Shown: positions 8,667 to 19,521, counted from the stretch's first letter. The stretch: 64,000 nt of DNA from Saprospiraceae bacterium (GCA_041392505.1 JAWKLX010000015.1:101222-165221); one strand, 5' to 3'. Program-made: numbers and translations. Notes: generated by a model from the sequence alone, not told the origin.

Positions 8667-11092
8667 ATGAAAACAAATTTGACTTTCCCCTTCTTGGTTT
8701 TGCTTTGCTACTTTTTTTTTCCAAAAAACAGTTTTTCCCAAACCAGTATCACGGCATCTTAAACGATGCAAATGGCCCGCTGCCTTTTGCCAGCGTGCTA
8801 CTGCTCCAGCCCTCCGATTCTTCCCTCGTGAAAGGCGACGTGACCCGCGATGACGGCTCTTTTTCCATACAAAAAGTAGCGGAAGGGAACTACCTACTTT
8901 CCGCAGCGATGGTAGGTTACGAAGACACCTATCAATTAATTGAAGTCCCTGCCACCGGAAATTTGGACTTGGGGGAAATAACGATCAGCGAAAATGTGGC
9001 CCAACTCGACCAAGTGACCGTCACGGCGAAGAAGCCGCTCTTCGAGCAAAAAATCGACCGTCTGACAGTGAACGTTTCCAACAGCATTACTTCCGCAAGC
9101 GCTACCGCACTCGAAGTGTTGGAGCGCTCGCCCGGCGTGATCGTGAACCGACAACAAGGTGGGATTTCGATAGCCGGAAAAGAAGGCGTAGTGGTGATGA
9201 TAAATGGCAAAATCAACCGCATGCCCCTCGCTGCTGTGGTGGAATTTCTGGACGGGATGCCTTCCAGCAACATTGAAAAAATAGAACTCATCACGACGCC
9301 TCCGGCCAATTTCGATGCCGAAGGAAATGCTGGCTTCATCAATATTGTGTTGAAACAGACGGCCGATCAGGGGCTGAACGGCTCTTATTCTTTCTCCGCT
9401 GGCTACGGCAGAGGGGAGGTCGGCAATGCCAGTATCAACTTCAACTACCGCAAGGGCAAAATTAATTTGTACGGCGACTATGCCTATTTGCATGAATCCC
9501 AATTGCAAGAAATAGAATTGGGCAGGCGCATCGTTTTTGAAAATGTTTTGACCGAAACGGTTTCTATAAGTGACCGGGACCCACAGCAAAACAACCACTC
9601 AGGCCGGCTGGGGCTGGATGTTCAATTGAGCAAAAAAACAGTGCTCGGTGCGCTGCTTACCAGCTACGATACCAAGTGGACGATGGACGCTGTGAACGAG
9701 GCGACCTACGCAACGGATGGTGTCCAAACCGCCCGTGTCACCATTGAAAACGAAGAGCTGAACCAGTGGCGACACTACGGTGCCAACGTCAATATGCAGC
9801 ATACTTTTCAGGAAAATGAAACGCTGACATTCGATGCCGATTATCTTTATTATAAAGACAACAACCCCAATGATTATGTCAATACCTACTACGATGGGTC
9901 GGGGGATTTTGTGCTGGAAGAATTGACCCGCAGCGGTAAAATCACACCGCTCAACATCGCAGTAGGCAAATTGGATTACGCCAAATCTTTCGGGGAAAAA
10001 TGGAAGTTGGAATCGGGCCTGAAAGCCACCAACTCTAATTTCACGAACGATGTGATCGTGGAAAACAACACGGGTCAAGGCTGGATGAAAGATCAAAGCC
10101 TGACCGCCAGATATAAACTTGACGAAAAAATATTGGCGGCCTACACGGCGCTCGATGTGAAGATTGGTGAAAAAACAAACGTGAAAGTAGGGCTGCGTTA
10201 CGAGTTCACCAATACCAATTTGGGCTCAGAAGAAGAGGCCAACATCGTGGACAGGGAATATGGCAAATTTTTCCCCAGCTTCTTTATTTCACGGGAGTTC
10301 AATGAAAAGAATTCGATGAATTTTTCTTACGTCCGCCGCATCACCCGGCCCACTTTCAACGACATGGCCCCGTTCGTCATCTTCGTTGACCCGTTCACTT
10401 TTTTCTCTGGCAATTCCGCTTTGCAGCCGGCTCTTTCCAATGCCGTCAAATTGGATTACCGCCTTTCTACGGTGTTGCTTTCGCTCCAATACTCGGTAGA
10501 AGACAGCACTATTGCTGGCTTCCAGACCCGGGTCGATCCAACCACCAATAAGCAGTTGTTTTTTGCCGAAAATTTGAAAGACCAAAAGACGGCTTCTTTC
10601 ACCCTGTCCTTCCCCGTCAACCCCACCAACTGGTGGAGCATGCAGATCAACGCGACAGGCGTTTATACCAAACTGCGCAATTACTTTAGTGGCGAACTCC
10701 TTTCTTTCGATCAAAAGAGCCTCAACCTTTTCGCTTCGCAAACTTTTACCCTCCCCAAAGATTTCACCTTTGAGGTATCTGGGTTTTTCAATTCTCCAAA
10801 CTTGTCGGGGGCGTACGTCACCAAGGCGTTTGGCTCGTTGAATGTTGGTTTGCAGAAAAAATTCAAAAATGATGGCGGCTCGCTGCGGTTGGGCTACGAT
10901 AACATTTTGAACACCATGATATGGAGGGATGAATTGGATTTGACCGATCAGGGTCAGTTCATCTACGACCGGTTTGATTTTATTCCCCCAACCTTCAAGT
11001 TGACCTACAGCCGCAGTTTTGGCAACAAAAAACTGAAGGAAAAACGGGAACGGGAGACGGGGTCAGCAGCGGAGCGGCAGCGGGTGAATTGA
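8667..11092 (+). CDS. outer-membrane beta-barrel / TonB-dependent receptor-like protein (CarboxypepD_reg-like N-terminus plus plug); frameshift near 5' end
   Basis: The signal peptide MKTNLTFPFLVLLCYFFF... (ATG 8667) is in a different frame from the body (main frame open from 8705). The body has a carboxypeptidase-regulatory-like segment (GILNDANGPLPFASVLL...GNYLLSAAMVGYED), a plug-like segment (TVTAKKPLFEQKIDRLTVNVS...ALEVLERSPGV) and a long beta-rich C-terminal region. Confidence 0.6.
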
Positions 11093-11095
11093 GAT

Positions 11096-11164
11096 GAGGG
11101 GTCGCCTGATAAACCCCGATTTGCCAAGGAAATTTAACAAATCGGGATTTATTTAGGCGACCTC
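11096..11164. terminator. long hairpin between convergent genes (bidirectional terminator candidate)
   Basis: Arms aggggtcgcctgataaaccccgatttg / caaatcgggatttatttaggcgacctcc with a 14-nt loop, lying between the stop codons of 8667-11092(+) and 11171-11701(-). Confidence 0.5.
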
Positions 11165-11170
11165 CATTTC

Positions 11171-11701
11171 CTACTGTCCTTTTTTAAAATAAACCGGCAC
11201 AACAACCCTGCTTTTAACGGCAATCCCATCCTGCATGGCTGGGTACCATTCTCCCAGAGAGGCGACCAAATTCACTGCGGCCTGAATGCACGGCGGACAT
11301 AAAACGGGCTGTTTGACGATCTGGTAGCCATTCACTTTCCCATTTTTTTGCACCTCAAAAGTTACGTATTCCACGCCGCTGTACCCAGCTGGAATCCTGG
11401 CGTTGGGCAGTTCCACCTCCCCACATTTTTCTTTCAAGAGGCTTTCCGTACAAGCGTCCGTGGCTGTCGATTCCCGGCAGTCGTTGGTACAAGCAGGGCC
11501 ATGTGCAGCAGTCAATTTACCCTTGGGCGTAAATTCATCGGTCTCGTACTTATAGGTATAAGTAGTTGGTTTGAACCAAGAGTCGGAGGTTTGCATCCAT
11601 GAGAAAGGATGGTTCGTTTGGTCGGTTTGTGCTTGCGAAGTGAAGAAGGAAATAGAGCATAGAACAGGCAAGGCAATGTTTGCTAAGTGTTTGAATTTCA
11701 T
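11171..11701 (-). CDS. secreted protein with TonB C-terminal-like domain
   Basis: Signal peptide MKFKHLANIALPVLCSISFFTSQAQ. The C-terminus resembles the TonB_C fold pattern (GVEYVTFEVQKNGKVNGYQIV...AAVNLVASLGEWYPAMQDGIAVKSRVVVPVYFK). Weak. Confidence 0.35.
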   Translation of the reverse strand: MKFKHLANIALPVLCSISFFTSQAQTDQTNHPFSWMQTSDSWFKPTTYTYKYETDEFTPKGKLTAAHGPACTNDCRESTATDACTESLLKEKCGEVELPNARIPAGYSGVEYVTFEVQKNGKVNGYQIVKQPVLCPPCIQAAVNLVASLGEWYPAMQDGIAVKSRVVVPVYFKKGQ

Positions 11702-11827
11702 GACAATTGATTTAGTTAAAAAAATCAGGGTGTCAGGTGTGGGTCAACTCGCATAACTACTAACAAAACCGCTTTATTGCATGTTCGCTCAACTCATTTT
11801 AAATTAAAATAAACAATCATGTAAAGG

Positions 11828-11966
11828 AATGTAGAATGTAGAATGTAAAATGTAAAATGTAAAATGGACAATGGATTGAATGGATAACTTGAAACATGGA
11901 GTTAGACATATATTTCCACCGTCCACCGTCCACCGTCCACCGTCTACCGTTTACCGTTTACCGTCT
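11828..11966. repeat. two blocks of tandem heptamer repeats
   Basis: (atgtaRa) x5 at 11828-11866 and (ccRccgt)/(ttaccgt) x7 at 11916-11966, directly 3' of the minus-strand stop at 11965. Confidence 0.75.
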
Positions 11967-12327
11967 AATAAAACTCCCCAAAGTGCCAGAGGATGCCGGA
12001 TGGGTCGTGTAAAAAACATTCCCTGCCCCAGTCGTTGTTTTGGATGGGCGTCAGTCTTACCCCTGCATATTTTGAGGGTAGGTCTAATGTCTGCAATTCG
12101 TTCCAATAGCGGTTCACGTCATCCACTTCCAAAAAAATCATGGTGTTGTCGATCCAGTCTTTGACGTTGGCATTTTGTAAATAAAACCCCAACCCGTCTA
12201 TTTTGAAAAGGGACATATTGGGGGACAAGGGTATTTCCTCAAATCCCAAGTCCCAGTAAAAACGGCGGGAGAGTTCATAGTCCTTTGCGCCGATGAACGG
12301 GCGGATGGATTTTGCTTTGTGCTGCAT
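11965..12327 (-). CDS. VOC (glyoxalase/bleomycin-resistance) family protein
   Basis: 120-aa ORF. The pattern FYWDLGFEE...MIFLEVDDV...ILWHFGE fits the small VOC fold. Moderate. Confidence 0.5.
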   Translation of the reverse strand: MQHKAKSIRPFIGAKDYELSRRFYWDLGFEEIPLSPNMSLFKIDGLGFYLQNANVKDWIDNTMIFLEVDDVNRYWNELQTLDLPSKYAGVRLTPIQNNDWGRECFLHDPSGILWHFGEFY

Positions 12328-12474
12328 GGATGATTTTGTTTATGTTAGTACTTAACTTTATTCTAAATGGCGATTTTGGTTGTATCTAAACTGATAATCA
12401 ACTGCTTATAGTCAAGTGGTCAATTTTGTTTTGGTTTTTCTGCATCATTTTCACTTTTAAAAGGCCCATCTTCA

Positions 12475-14343
12475 TTACCTCAACAAGCTCACTTCCCCTT
12501 TTTCCACTACCTCAACTAAGCCGTTATTTGGCTGATATTTTAGTAGAAAAACATATACGCCATTTTGCGCCGATAAGCCCCGCACAGTGCCGTCCCAACC
12601 CATGCCTGCATCGGTTGAATGGTAGACCAACTCCCCCCAGCGGTCAAAGACTTTTAGGTCGAAATTAATAAGTGGGCAGTTTGATAACGGCTGGAATGTG
12701 TCGTTTATGCCATCGGCATTAGGTGAGAAAACCGTTGGAAGATAAACAGAGCAGTGACAATCTGTTTTTTCCTCGATCAAAAAGTGGTGCGAGAAACTGG
12801 CGCAATCTACCCAGACACTTGCAGTCTTAGAGCCATCTCCAGGATAAAGCACCCTTTCGCAGCCTTCGTAGCCATCGTCCCAAGTGCAAGTGGCGGTCAG
12901 CCCCTGCGCTGCTGAAACCAACACCGAGTCGTTCCAGCAAAGCTGAAAACTGCTTTCAAGGTCAGGAAAAACAGGAGCAGTACTGCAGATATTTTCAACT
13001 TTCAGCTCAATTTCTTCCTCAGTCGTTTGGATGTCTTCGACCGGAATTTGCACCTTTTCTACTTGGATGGGCATCGAGGGAAGCGATTCTATCGTGATAT
13101 TGGACGGGTACGGAGGAATGGAAACAGTGTCGTTTTCGCAAAAACCAACTGCTTTATCAAGTGGTATTTTCAGTACTTCGACGCGACCATCTGACTCGCC
13201 TACGATAGCCAGCGAGCCGTCGTTGAGTAAGGCCTGGTCGTGCGCCATGCGGAAAGCGTTTGTTTTTGGGTGGAAATGCCTGGTCTGTACCTGCCTGCCG
13301 AGCGAGTCGAACACCAACAACGTGATTTGGTGTTCCGGTACCTGCTGGGTCGTGGCAAGGGCAAAACCTTTGTCGGCTATTGCAGTCAACTTGTAGGGGA
13401 AGTGAGGGTGGTTGGAGGAGGTGTGCTGGTTGCCGGCTATCTCGTCAGTGCTGAAAAGGTATTTCCCATCCGTGTCAAAATAGGCCAGCACAAAACGGTT
13501 CTCTACCGAACCATTCGGGGACAGCATAGGGAAAACCATCCTGCCATCGGCAATTGTTTGTTTGGCATGCCGCCATGCACCAAATTGGTTAAAACGCTGT
13601 GTCCAATCCACGCTTTCAGTGACCAGATTATATGAAATCCACTCACCTCCCCGTCTGATGAGCAAGTTCCCATTTGGTAAGTTTCCATAAAACGAATTGC
13701 CTGTTCCGCCACTGCCTATCACCCGAAAGGCGTCATCAATATCGCCGGTGGAGGGGTCCAGGAAAAAAGTATGGAGCTGGTTGATATAATAAGCACCAAA
13801 GCAGTACCGCCCATCGGAAGTCTCATGAAAATCTGCTTTGGAAAACCCTGTGCCGTCTTCGAATACATATCTTTTCTGCCAAAGGGTATTACCCATCCAG
13901 TCCAATTTTATAGCATAAACATAAGAGGAGACGGACAATCCGAACAGTTGGAAAAACATGGAAACGTTGCCTTCTGCGTCTACCAGTAGACCCGACAGAA
14001 GGATGTTTGGAAAGTTGCTGTAACGCTTTGCCCATTCAACTTCGCCACAGGCATCTATTTTGGCCACTGCAATCGTGTAGGTTTGCCTTTCGAGGTTGAC
14101 AATGACAAAACCGCCATCAGGTGTTGCCTCTATTTTGAAAGATTTGAACAGTCCGTCCGTGTTGGGTTCCAGGTTTGCAAAACGGTAGTGGAAATAGTTG
14201 TTTTGAGAGATAGCTGTTTCTGAAATAATGAAAACCAATAGGTTGGACAAGACAAGGCTGAAGAGGAATTTTCGTGAAGGCATTTTTTGGCAAAGTGATT
14301 TGTAAATTTTAGCTAATGGTTTTGGGCTGCAAGTTACAGGCAA
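12475..14343 (-). CDS. secreted protein with T9SS type B (gliding-motility-associated) C-terminal domain
   Basis: The C-terminus YLPTVFSPNADGINDTFQP...FDRWGELVYHS...WDGT...GVYVF matches the type B CTD pattern (TIGR04131-like). Likely true start MPSRKFLF... at about 14283. Confidence 0.7.
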   Translation of the reverse strand: MPVTCSPKPLAKIYKSLCQKMPSRKFLFSLVLSNLLVFIISETAISQNNYFHYRFANLEPNTDGLFKSFKIEATPDGGFVIVNLERQTYTIAVAKIDACGEVEWAKRYSNFPNILLSGLLVDAEGNVSMFFQLFGLSVSSYVYAIKLDWMGNTLWQKRYVFEDGTGFSKADFHETSDGRYCFGAYYINQLHTFFLDPSTGDIDDAFRVIGSGGTGNSFYGNLPNGNLLIRRGGEWISYNLVTESVDWTQRFNQFGAWRHAKQTIADGRMVFPMLSPNGSVENRFVLAYFDTDGKYLFSTDEIAGNQHTSSNHPHFPYKLTAIADKGFALATTQQVPEHQITLLVFDSLGRQVQTRHFHPKTNAFRMAHDQALLNDGSLAIVGESDGRVEVLKIPLDKAVGFCENDTVSIPPYPSNITIESLPSMPIQVEKVQIPVEDIQTTEEEIELKVENICSTAPVFPDLESSFQLCWNDSVLVSAAQGLTATCTWDDGYEGCERVLYPGDGSKTASVWVDCASFSHHFLIEEKTDCHCSVYLPTVFSPNADGINDTFQPLSNCPLINFDLKVFDRWGELVYHSTDAGMGWDGTVRGLSAQNGVYVFLLKYQPNNGLVEVVEKGEVSLLR

Positions 14344-14623
14344 GAATTGAAAGTCTGGGTTACCCTATGAAAATGGGGCTTTCAAAATTTTATAAACAAT
14401 TAGTTGTGAGCTATGATGGTGTCCTGCCCTAAAATAGCGATATAAAATTAGTTTACTTAAAGCTTTCCCAGTAAAATAAGGCGTTTGAAATATACGTGCT
14501 ATCATTTGCAAGATACGTGCGAGGGCAAAATGCGACACCAACCCAACTTTGCCCAAAAGGAACGAAGCCTCCTTTACCTGCTAAATCAAGCAGTTAAATC
14601 CTTCCTTAAAAACGCATGTAACC

Positions 14624-16546
14624 ATGACCAACAAACGCTGTTTCAACGTCCTATTGGCAATTGTTTTTTCCTTGCCCCTTGCTGCCCAAAACGTGGGCAT
14701 CGGCACCACCACCCCGCAAAACACCCTTGATGTGTCAGGCGGCCTGTCAGTGGGGGCCGGGTATTCCGGCACTTACACGGCACCTACCAATGGGGCTATT
14801 TTTGAAGGAGGGGTGGGGATCGGGGTTACTGCCATCAATAACGCTTTGGGTGGTACTTTTCTATTAGAAGTGGACGGGGGCATTTTGGGAAGATATTTTG
14901 TGGATCGGGACGACCCTGCTTATTATCTCAATGCAGGAAATACCACTCTTTCTTTGAGGGCCGCAGGGCCACTTCAGGCAACCACTTTTACAGATGAGGA
15001 CGATCCTACTTTTTGGCTTGATCCCTCGGCATTTCCTCTTTCGATGAACGTATCGGGCTATGTTAAGGCAGCTGGTTTTTGGGACAATAGCAATATTGCT
15101 TACTACCTAGACCCCGGGGCAATCGGGGCAGTTTCCCTCAATGCAGCCGGAGATATTCGGGGGCCAGTTTTTCAAGACATTGATAATTTGACTTATTATT
15201 TAGACCCATCAGGAATTGGAGTTTCCCTCAATGCTGCTGGAAAGATTCGAGGGACAGGTTTTGAAGACGTCGATGACTTGACTTATTACATGGACCCTTC
15301 ATGGGGCGGCATCTCTCAAAAAGTAGCAGGGTCCATTCAAGGAACTATGTTTAGTGATGTAAGCGATCCGTATTATTATCTGGACCCAGCTTCGACAGGC
15401 CTTTCCCTAAAAGTGGCTGGCTCTATTAGATCAACCAGCTTCGTCGACGAGGACGATTCTTATTACCTCCTTGATCCCTCTAATTCTTCCATTTCTTTAA
15501 ATGCTGCGGGTACTATTAAAGGAACACGTTTTTCAGACGTTGACGATGACTTCTTTTACCTTGATCCCGCTAGCCCTTCCATTTCTTTGAGTGTCGCGGG
15601 CGATATTTCAAGTTATCAGGATTTTATAGGAAGAGCGTTTCTGGACAAGGATAATACTGCTTTTTACCTTGACCCTTCCAATTCTTTCACTTCTTTAAAT
15701 GCTGCGGGTGAAATTAGAGGAACAGCTTTTCTGGACAAGGATAATACTGTATATTACCTTAATCCAGCTAATACATCTATTTCTTTAAATGCTGCGGGTA
15801 CTATTAGAGGAACATCCTTTTCGGATCAGGACAACACTTCCTACTACCTTGATCCTTCCAATTCGGGCATTTCCATTAATACTGCTGGCAGAATACATGC
15901 ATCTGAATTTAGGGACTTGAACAGTTCGCTCTATTACCTTGATCCCGATGATTCTAATGTCTCTTTAAGTGTTGCGGGTGACATCTATGCAGATGGGACG
16001 GTGAATGTAGGGGGCAGTGGCGATAAAAAACTGTATTTAGAGCATGGCCCATCCGGTGGCTTGCAAATCAAAAACAATGGCAATTCCAATTTCTGGGACA
16101 TCTGGAACAAACCCGACGGTGACTTGGGCCTCTATCTTGGTGCTGGTCTTCGCGGGCAGTTCAACTATTCATCCGGGGTTTACACCAGTGCTTCCGACCG
16201 CCGTTTGAAAGACAATATCCGCTCGCTGGGCAGCGTCCTGCCATCCCTTCTCCAATTGCAAGCAAAGAAATACTCCTTCAAGGCCGATCCCGACCGGGCC
16301 GACAACATCGGCTTCATTGCCCAAGACGTGGAACAGCTTTTTCCCGAACTGGTAACCACCCCCGTCGAGAGTGGCGAACACAAAGAATACTATATGATGG
16401 ATTATTCAGGTTTTGGCGTCCTTGCCGTGCAAGCTATTCAGGAACAACAAGTTATCATCAATTCGCAAAACGAACGCATCGAAACCTTGGAGTCGGAATT
16501 GGCTGCTATCAAAGCCTTGTTGGAACAGGTGGTGAAGGAAAAATAA
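14624..16546 (+). CDS. tail-fibre-like repeat protein with C-terminal intramolecular-chaperone (peptidase S74-like) domain
   Basis: Signal peptide; conserved head AQNVGIGTTTPQNTLDVSGGLSVGAGYSGTYTAP; about 13 repeats of roughly 30 aa (YYLDPS..S.SLNAAG.IRGT.F.D.D); C-terminus SDRRLKDNIRSLGSVL...GFIAQDVEQLFPELV...YYMMDYSGFGVLAVQAIQEQQ plus coiled coil, typical of the endosialidase/tail-fibre chaperone domain. Confidence 0.7.
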   Translation: MTNKRCFNVLLAIVFSLPLAAQNVGIGTTTPQNTLDVSGGLSVGAGYSGTYTAPTNGAIFEGGVGIGVTAINNALGGTFLLEVDGGILGRYFVDRDDPAYYLNAGNTTLSLRAAGPLQATTFTDEDDPTFWLDPSAFPLSMNVSGYVKAAGFWDNSNIAYYLDPGAIGAVSLNAAGDIRGPVFQDIDNLTYYLDPSGIGVSLNAAGKIRGTGFEDVDDLTYYMDPSWGGISQKVAGSIQGTMFSDVSDPYYYLDPASTGLSLKVAGSIRSTSFVDEDDSYYLLDPSNSSISLNAAGTIKGTRFSDVDDDFFYLDPASPSISLSVAGDISSYQDFIGRAFLDKDNTAFYLDPSNSFTSLNAAGEIRGTAFLDKDNTVYYLNPANTSISLNAAGTIRGTSFSDQDNTSYYLDPSNSGISINTAGRIHASEFRDLNSSLYYLDPDDSNVSLSVAGDIYADGTVNVGGSGDKKLYLEHGPSGGLQIKNNGNSNFWDIWNKPDGDLGLYLGAGLRGQFNYSSGVYTSASDRRLKDNIRSLGSVLPSLLQLQAKKYSFKADPDRADNIGFIAQDVEQLFPELVTTPVESGEHKEYYMMDYSGFGVLAVQAIQEQQVIINSQNERIETLESELAAIKALLEQVVKEK

Positions 16547-16599
16547 CCTCCATAACTCAGTTTTTTTAGTCAACCTCTAAACTCAAAAAGTAAATTACC

Positions 16600-17993
16600 A
16601 TGAAATACAAGCTCATTTTTATCCTATCATTTGTCTCGATCATTTCCCTCCCCCTGACAGCCCAAAACGTGGGAATCGGCACTACGACTCCTCAAAATGC
16701 CCTTGATGTGGAGGGGGGATTGTCAGTTGGGGCCGGGTATTCCGGTACTTACACGGCGCCTGCTAATGGGGCTATCTTCCAGGGTGGGGTCGGGATCGGG
16801 GTGACTTCCTTGAACGCTCTGTTGAATCCAAAATTAGAGGTCAACGGCACCATCTTAAGCCCTATTTTTTTAGATAGGGACAACGGAAACTTTGGGTTGG
16901 ATCCCAGCTCAACGGTTACCTCCTTATATGCTGCCGGAAACCTTTATGGGGCCAGTTTAATTGACTATAATAATACCAGCTATTTTCTTGATCTATCTTC
17001 ATTTTCTACTTCTTTAAATGCAGCAGGGTCGATATATGCAAGAGAGCTTGTCGATCAAGACAATGCCAACTTTTATGTTGACCCTTCTTCTATTTCAACG
17101 TCACTCTATGCGTCAGGAGCCCTGTATGGCAAATCGTTTTATGATTATAATAATGCTAATTATTATCTGGATCCAGGCAACACAAACGTCTCGATGAATG
17201 TTGCCGGAAAAATTAACGCTTCTGGGATAGCCCTGACAGGAGGCTTTGATGCAAATAAGTTTTGGGACGTCGATAACAACGCTTATTACCTTGACCCATC
17301 TAGCACAACTACCTCGTTAAACGTTGCCGGGAAAGTTGTGGCTGTAGGCGATTTGGAAACGAGTGATGATCTTAGTGTAGCGGATGATGCTTTTATAATT
17401 GACAACCTCGACGTTAATGGCAGTGCTTTTATTGGTTCCACCTCCAGCGACGAAAAAATAACTTTGACACATGGCCCATCCGGCGGCTTTCAGATCCAAA
17501 ACAGCGGCAATGCCAGCTTTTGGGACATCTGGAACAAGCCCGATGGTGATTTGGGCCTCTACTTAAATGCCAGTCTGCGCGGGCAGTTCAACTATTCCTC
17601 CGGCATCTACACCAGTGCTTCCGACCGCCGTTTAAAAGACAACATCCGCTCGCTGGGCAGCGTCCTGCCATCCTACTCCAATTGCAAGCAAAGAAATATT
17701 CCTTCAAGGCCGACCCCGACCGGGCCGACAACATCGGCTTCATCGCCCAAGATGTGGAAAAGCTCTTTCCAGAACTGGTAAGCGTTCCGATTGAAAGCAG
17801 TCAACACCAAGAGTATTACATGATGGATTATGCCGGGTTCGGCGTCCTCGCTGTGCAAGCCATTCAAGAACAACAAGTCATCATTGAATCGCAAAACAGA
17901 CGCTTGGAAACGCAGGGCAAAGAGATTGAAGAATTAAAATCAGAATTGGCAGCTATCAAGGCCCTGCTTGAGCAAGTAGTAAAAAATCAATAA
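16600..17993 (+). CDS. paralogous tail-fibre-like protein with S74-like chaperone domain; one frameshift at about 17675
   Basis: N-terminal about 200 bp and C-terminal about 500 bp are about 85-88% identical to 14624-16546 at the DNA level, while the central repeats differ (FYVDPSSISTSLYASGALYG type). A 1-bp difference (cctactcc vs cccttctcc) splits the S74 domain into ORF 17682-17993. Confidence 0.65.
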
Positions 17994-18055
17994 GGGAATA
18001 ACTAATTCAAGGATTTCCATTGCACGGGATTTTCCAATAAAATCAAAAAAATAAC

Positions 18056-19420
18056 ATGAAGAAATATATCTCACTACTCGTCTTGCTGGGTTTGGTAGGA
18101 ACAGCCAAAGCCCAACTCCACATCACGAGCGGGACGGCCATCACCATGACCAACGGGGGCACCGTTACCCTCGAAAACCTCAGTTTGGAAAATGAGGGCA
18201 ACCTCGATCAAGGCACAACAACGCTTCATTTCAAAGAAAACGGCGGCAGCAGCAATGTGACCGTCGGTGGCGGTGGGTCGACTAATTATGGTTCCATCAC
18301 CGTGGAAATGACGAGCCACGATCTGTTGCTGAACGACGACATTCAAGTGAATGGAACGATCACTTTTATCAGCGGACAATTTGAGCTCGGTGGTAAAACG
18401 CTGACCCTTGGTACCAATGGCATGATCGCAGGTGAAAATGAATCGGCCTGTTTTATCGGTGCCAGTGGCGGCCAGTTGCTAATGGCAACCATGCTCGATG
18501 CCCCTTTTGGTGAAAACCCCGGCAACATGGGGGCGATGATTACCTCTTCCGCCAATCTTGGTCTGACGACCATCACCCGCAGCCACGTGCCCGCCACCAA
18601 CGGCAGCAATGCGGGCATTTATCGGATATATGATATTAGTCCTGCCAATAACAGCGGGCTTGGTGCGACCCTGCGCTTTCACTATTTGGACAATGAACTA
18701 AACGGCAACACCGAAAACGACCTCGACCTCTGGCGCAATGATGGCAGTGGTTGGGAAAATGAAGGTTTCACTTCCCGTGACGTGACAGCCGATTGGATAG
18801 AGTTGACCGGGATCAATGCCTTTTCCCAATGGACGGCAGCCAGCCCCGCCAATGCGCTGCCCGTCGAACTGCTCTTTTTCACCGCCCAAAAACTGGATGA
18901 AAAAACGGCTCAACTGGATTGGGAAACGGCCAACGAGCGCAACAACAAGGGCTTCTTCGTGGAACGCAGCGACGATGGCAATGTCTGGAAAGAATTGGGG
19001 TTTGTTGCGGGGCAGGGCACCAGCAATAGCCGACATACCTATCAATTTTTTGATGAATCACCCAAACAGGGCTGGGTGTATTATCGCCTGCGGCAAATGG
19101 ATTTCGCTGGGCAGGCCAACTATTCGAACGTCGCCACTTTGCTCTTTACTGGCCCTGCCGGCAATTCGTCGGCGAACTTTCCCAGCCCCAAAAGCCAAGG
19201 CTTTGGCTCGGTGCAGTGCCCGTTTTTACTAAGGAAGAATCAGAATTGCAGTTGGAAATATACAGCCAGTTGGGGCAGCTGATCAGCCGATTGGATGGGC
19301 AGTTGAGCGGTGGTCAAAAGGCTTTGGGTGCAGTTGGATGTGGCCGAACTACCGAGTGGCACTTATCGGGTGCGAGTAAGATCGGTTGACTATTTTACTA
19401 AAACATTGATTGTCCAGTAA
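18056..19420 (+). CDS. T9SS type A CTD (Por secretion tail) surface protein; two or more frameshifts near 3' end
   Basis: Signal peptide; beta-strand G/T/N-rich body; pre-CTD domain (ALPVELLFFTAQ...GFFVERSDDG.VWKELGF) shared with 39639-41167 and 41332-46485. The true C-terminus VQLDVAELPSGTYRVRVRSVDYFTKTLIVQ* is visible in another frame ending at 19420. Confidence 0.6.
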
Positions 19421-19521
19421 AATAAGGTAGTACGCAGAAAATTCGAGTGCCGGGAAGTGGTAGAGCGTCAACTTTGTTTTGGCAAGACAATAAGACAGCT
19501 TTAAAAAAAAATATTTATCAA

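Noticed and set aside
8936-10096. Antisense ORFs (220 and 165 aa) inside the receptor gene
   Set aside because: They lie opposite a domain-supported CDS and are low complexity.
11828-11966. Possible CRISPR array
   Set aside because: The units are 7 bp and directly tandem with no spacers, and there are no cas genes. It is a microsatellite.
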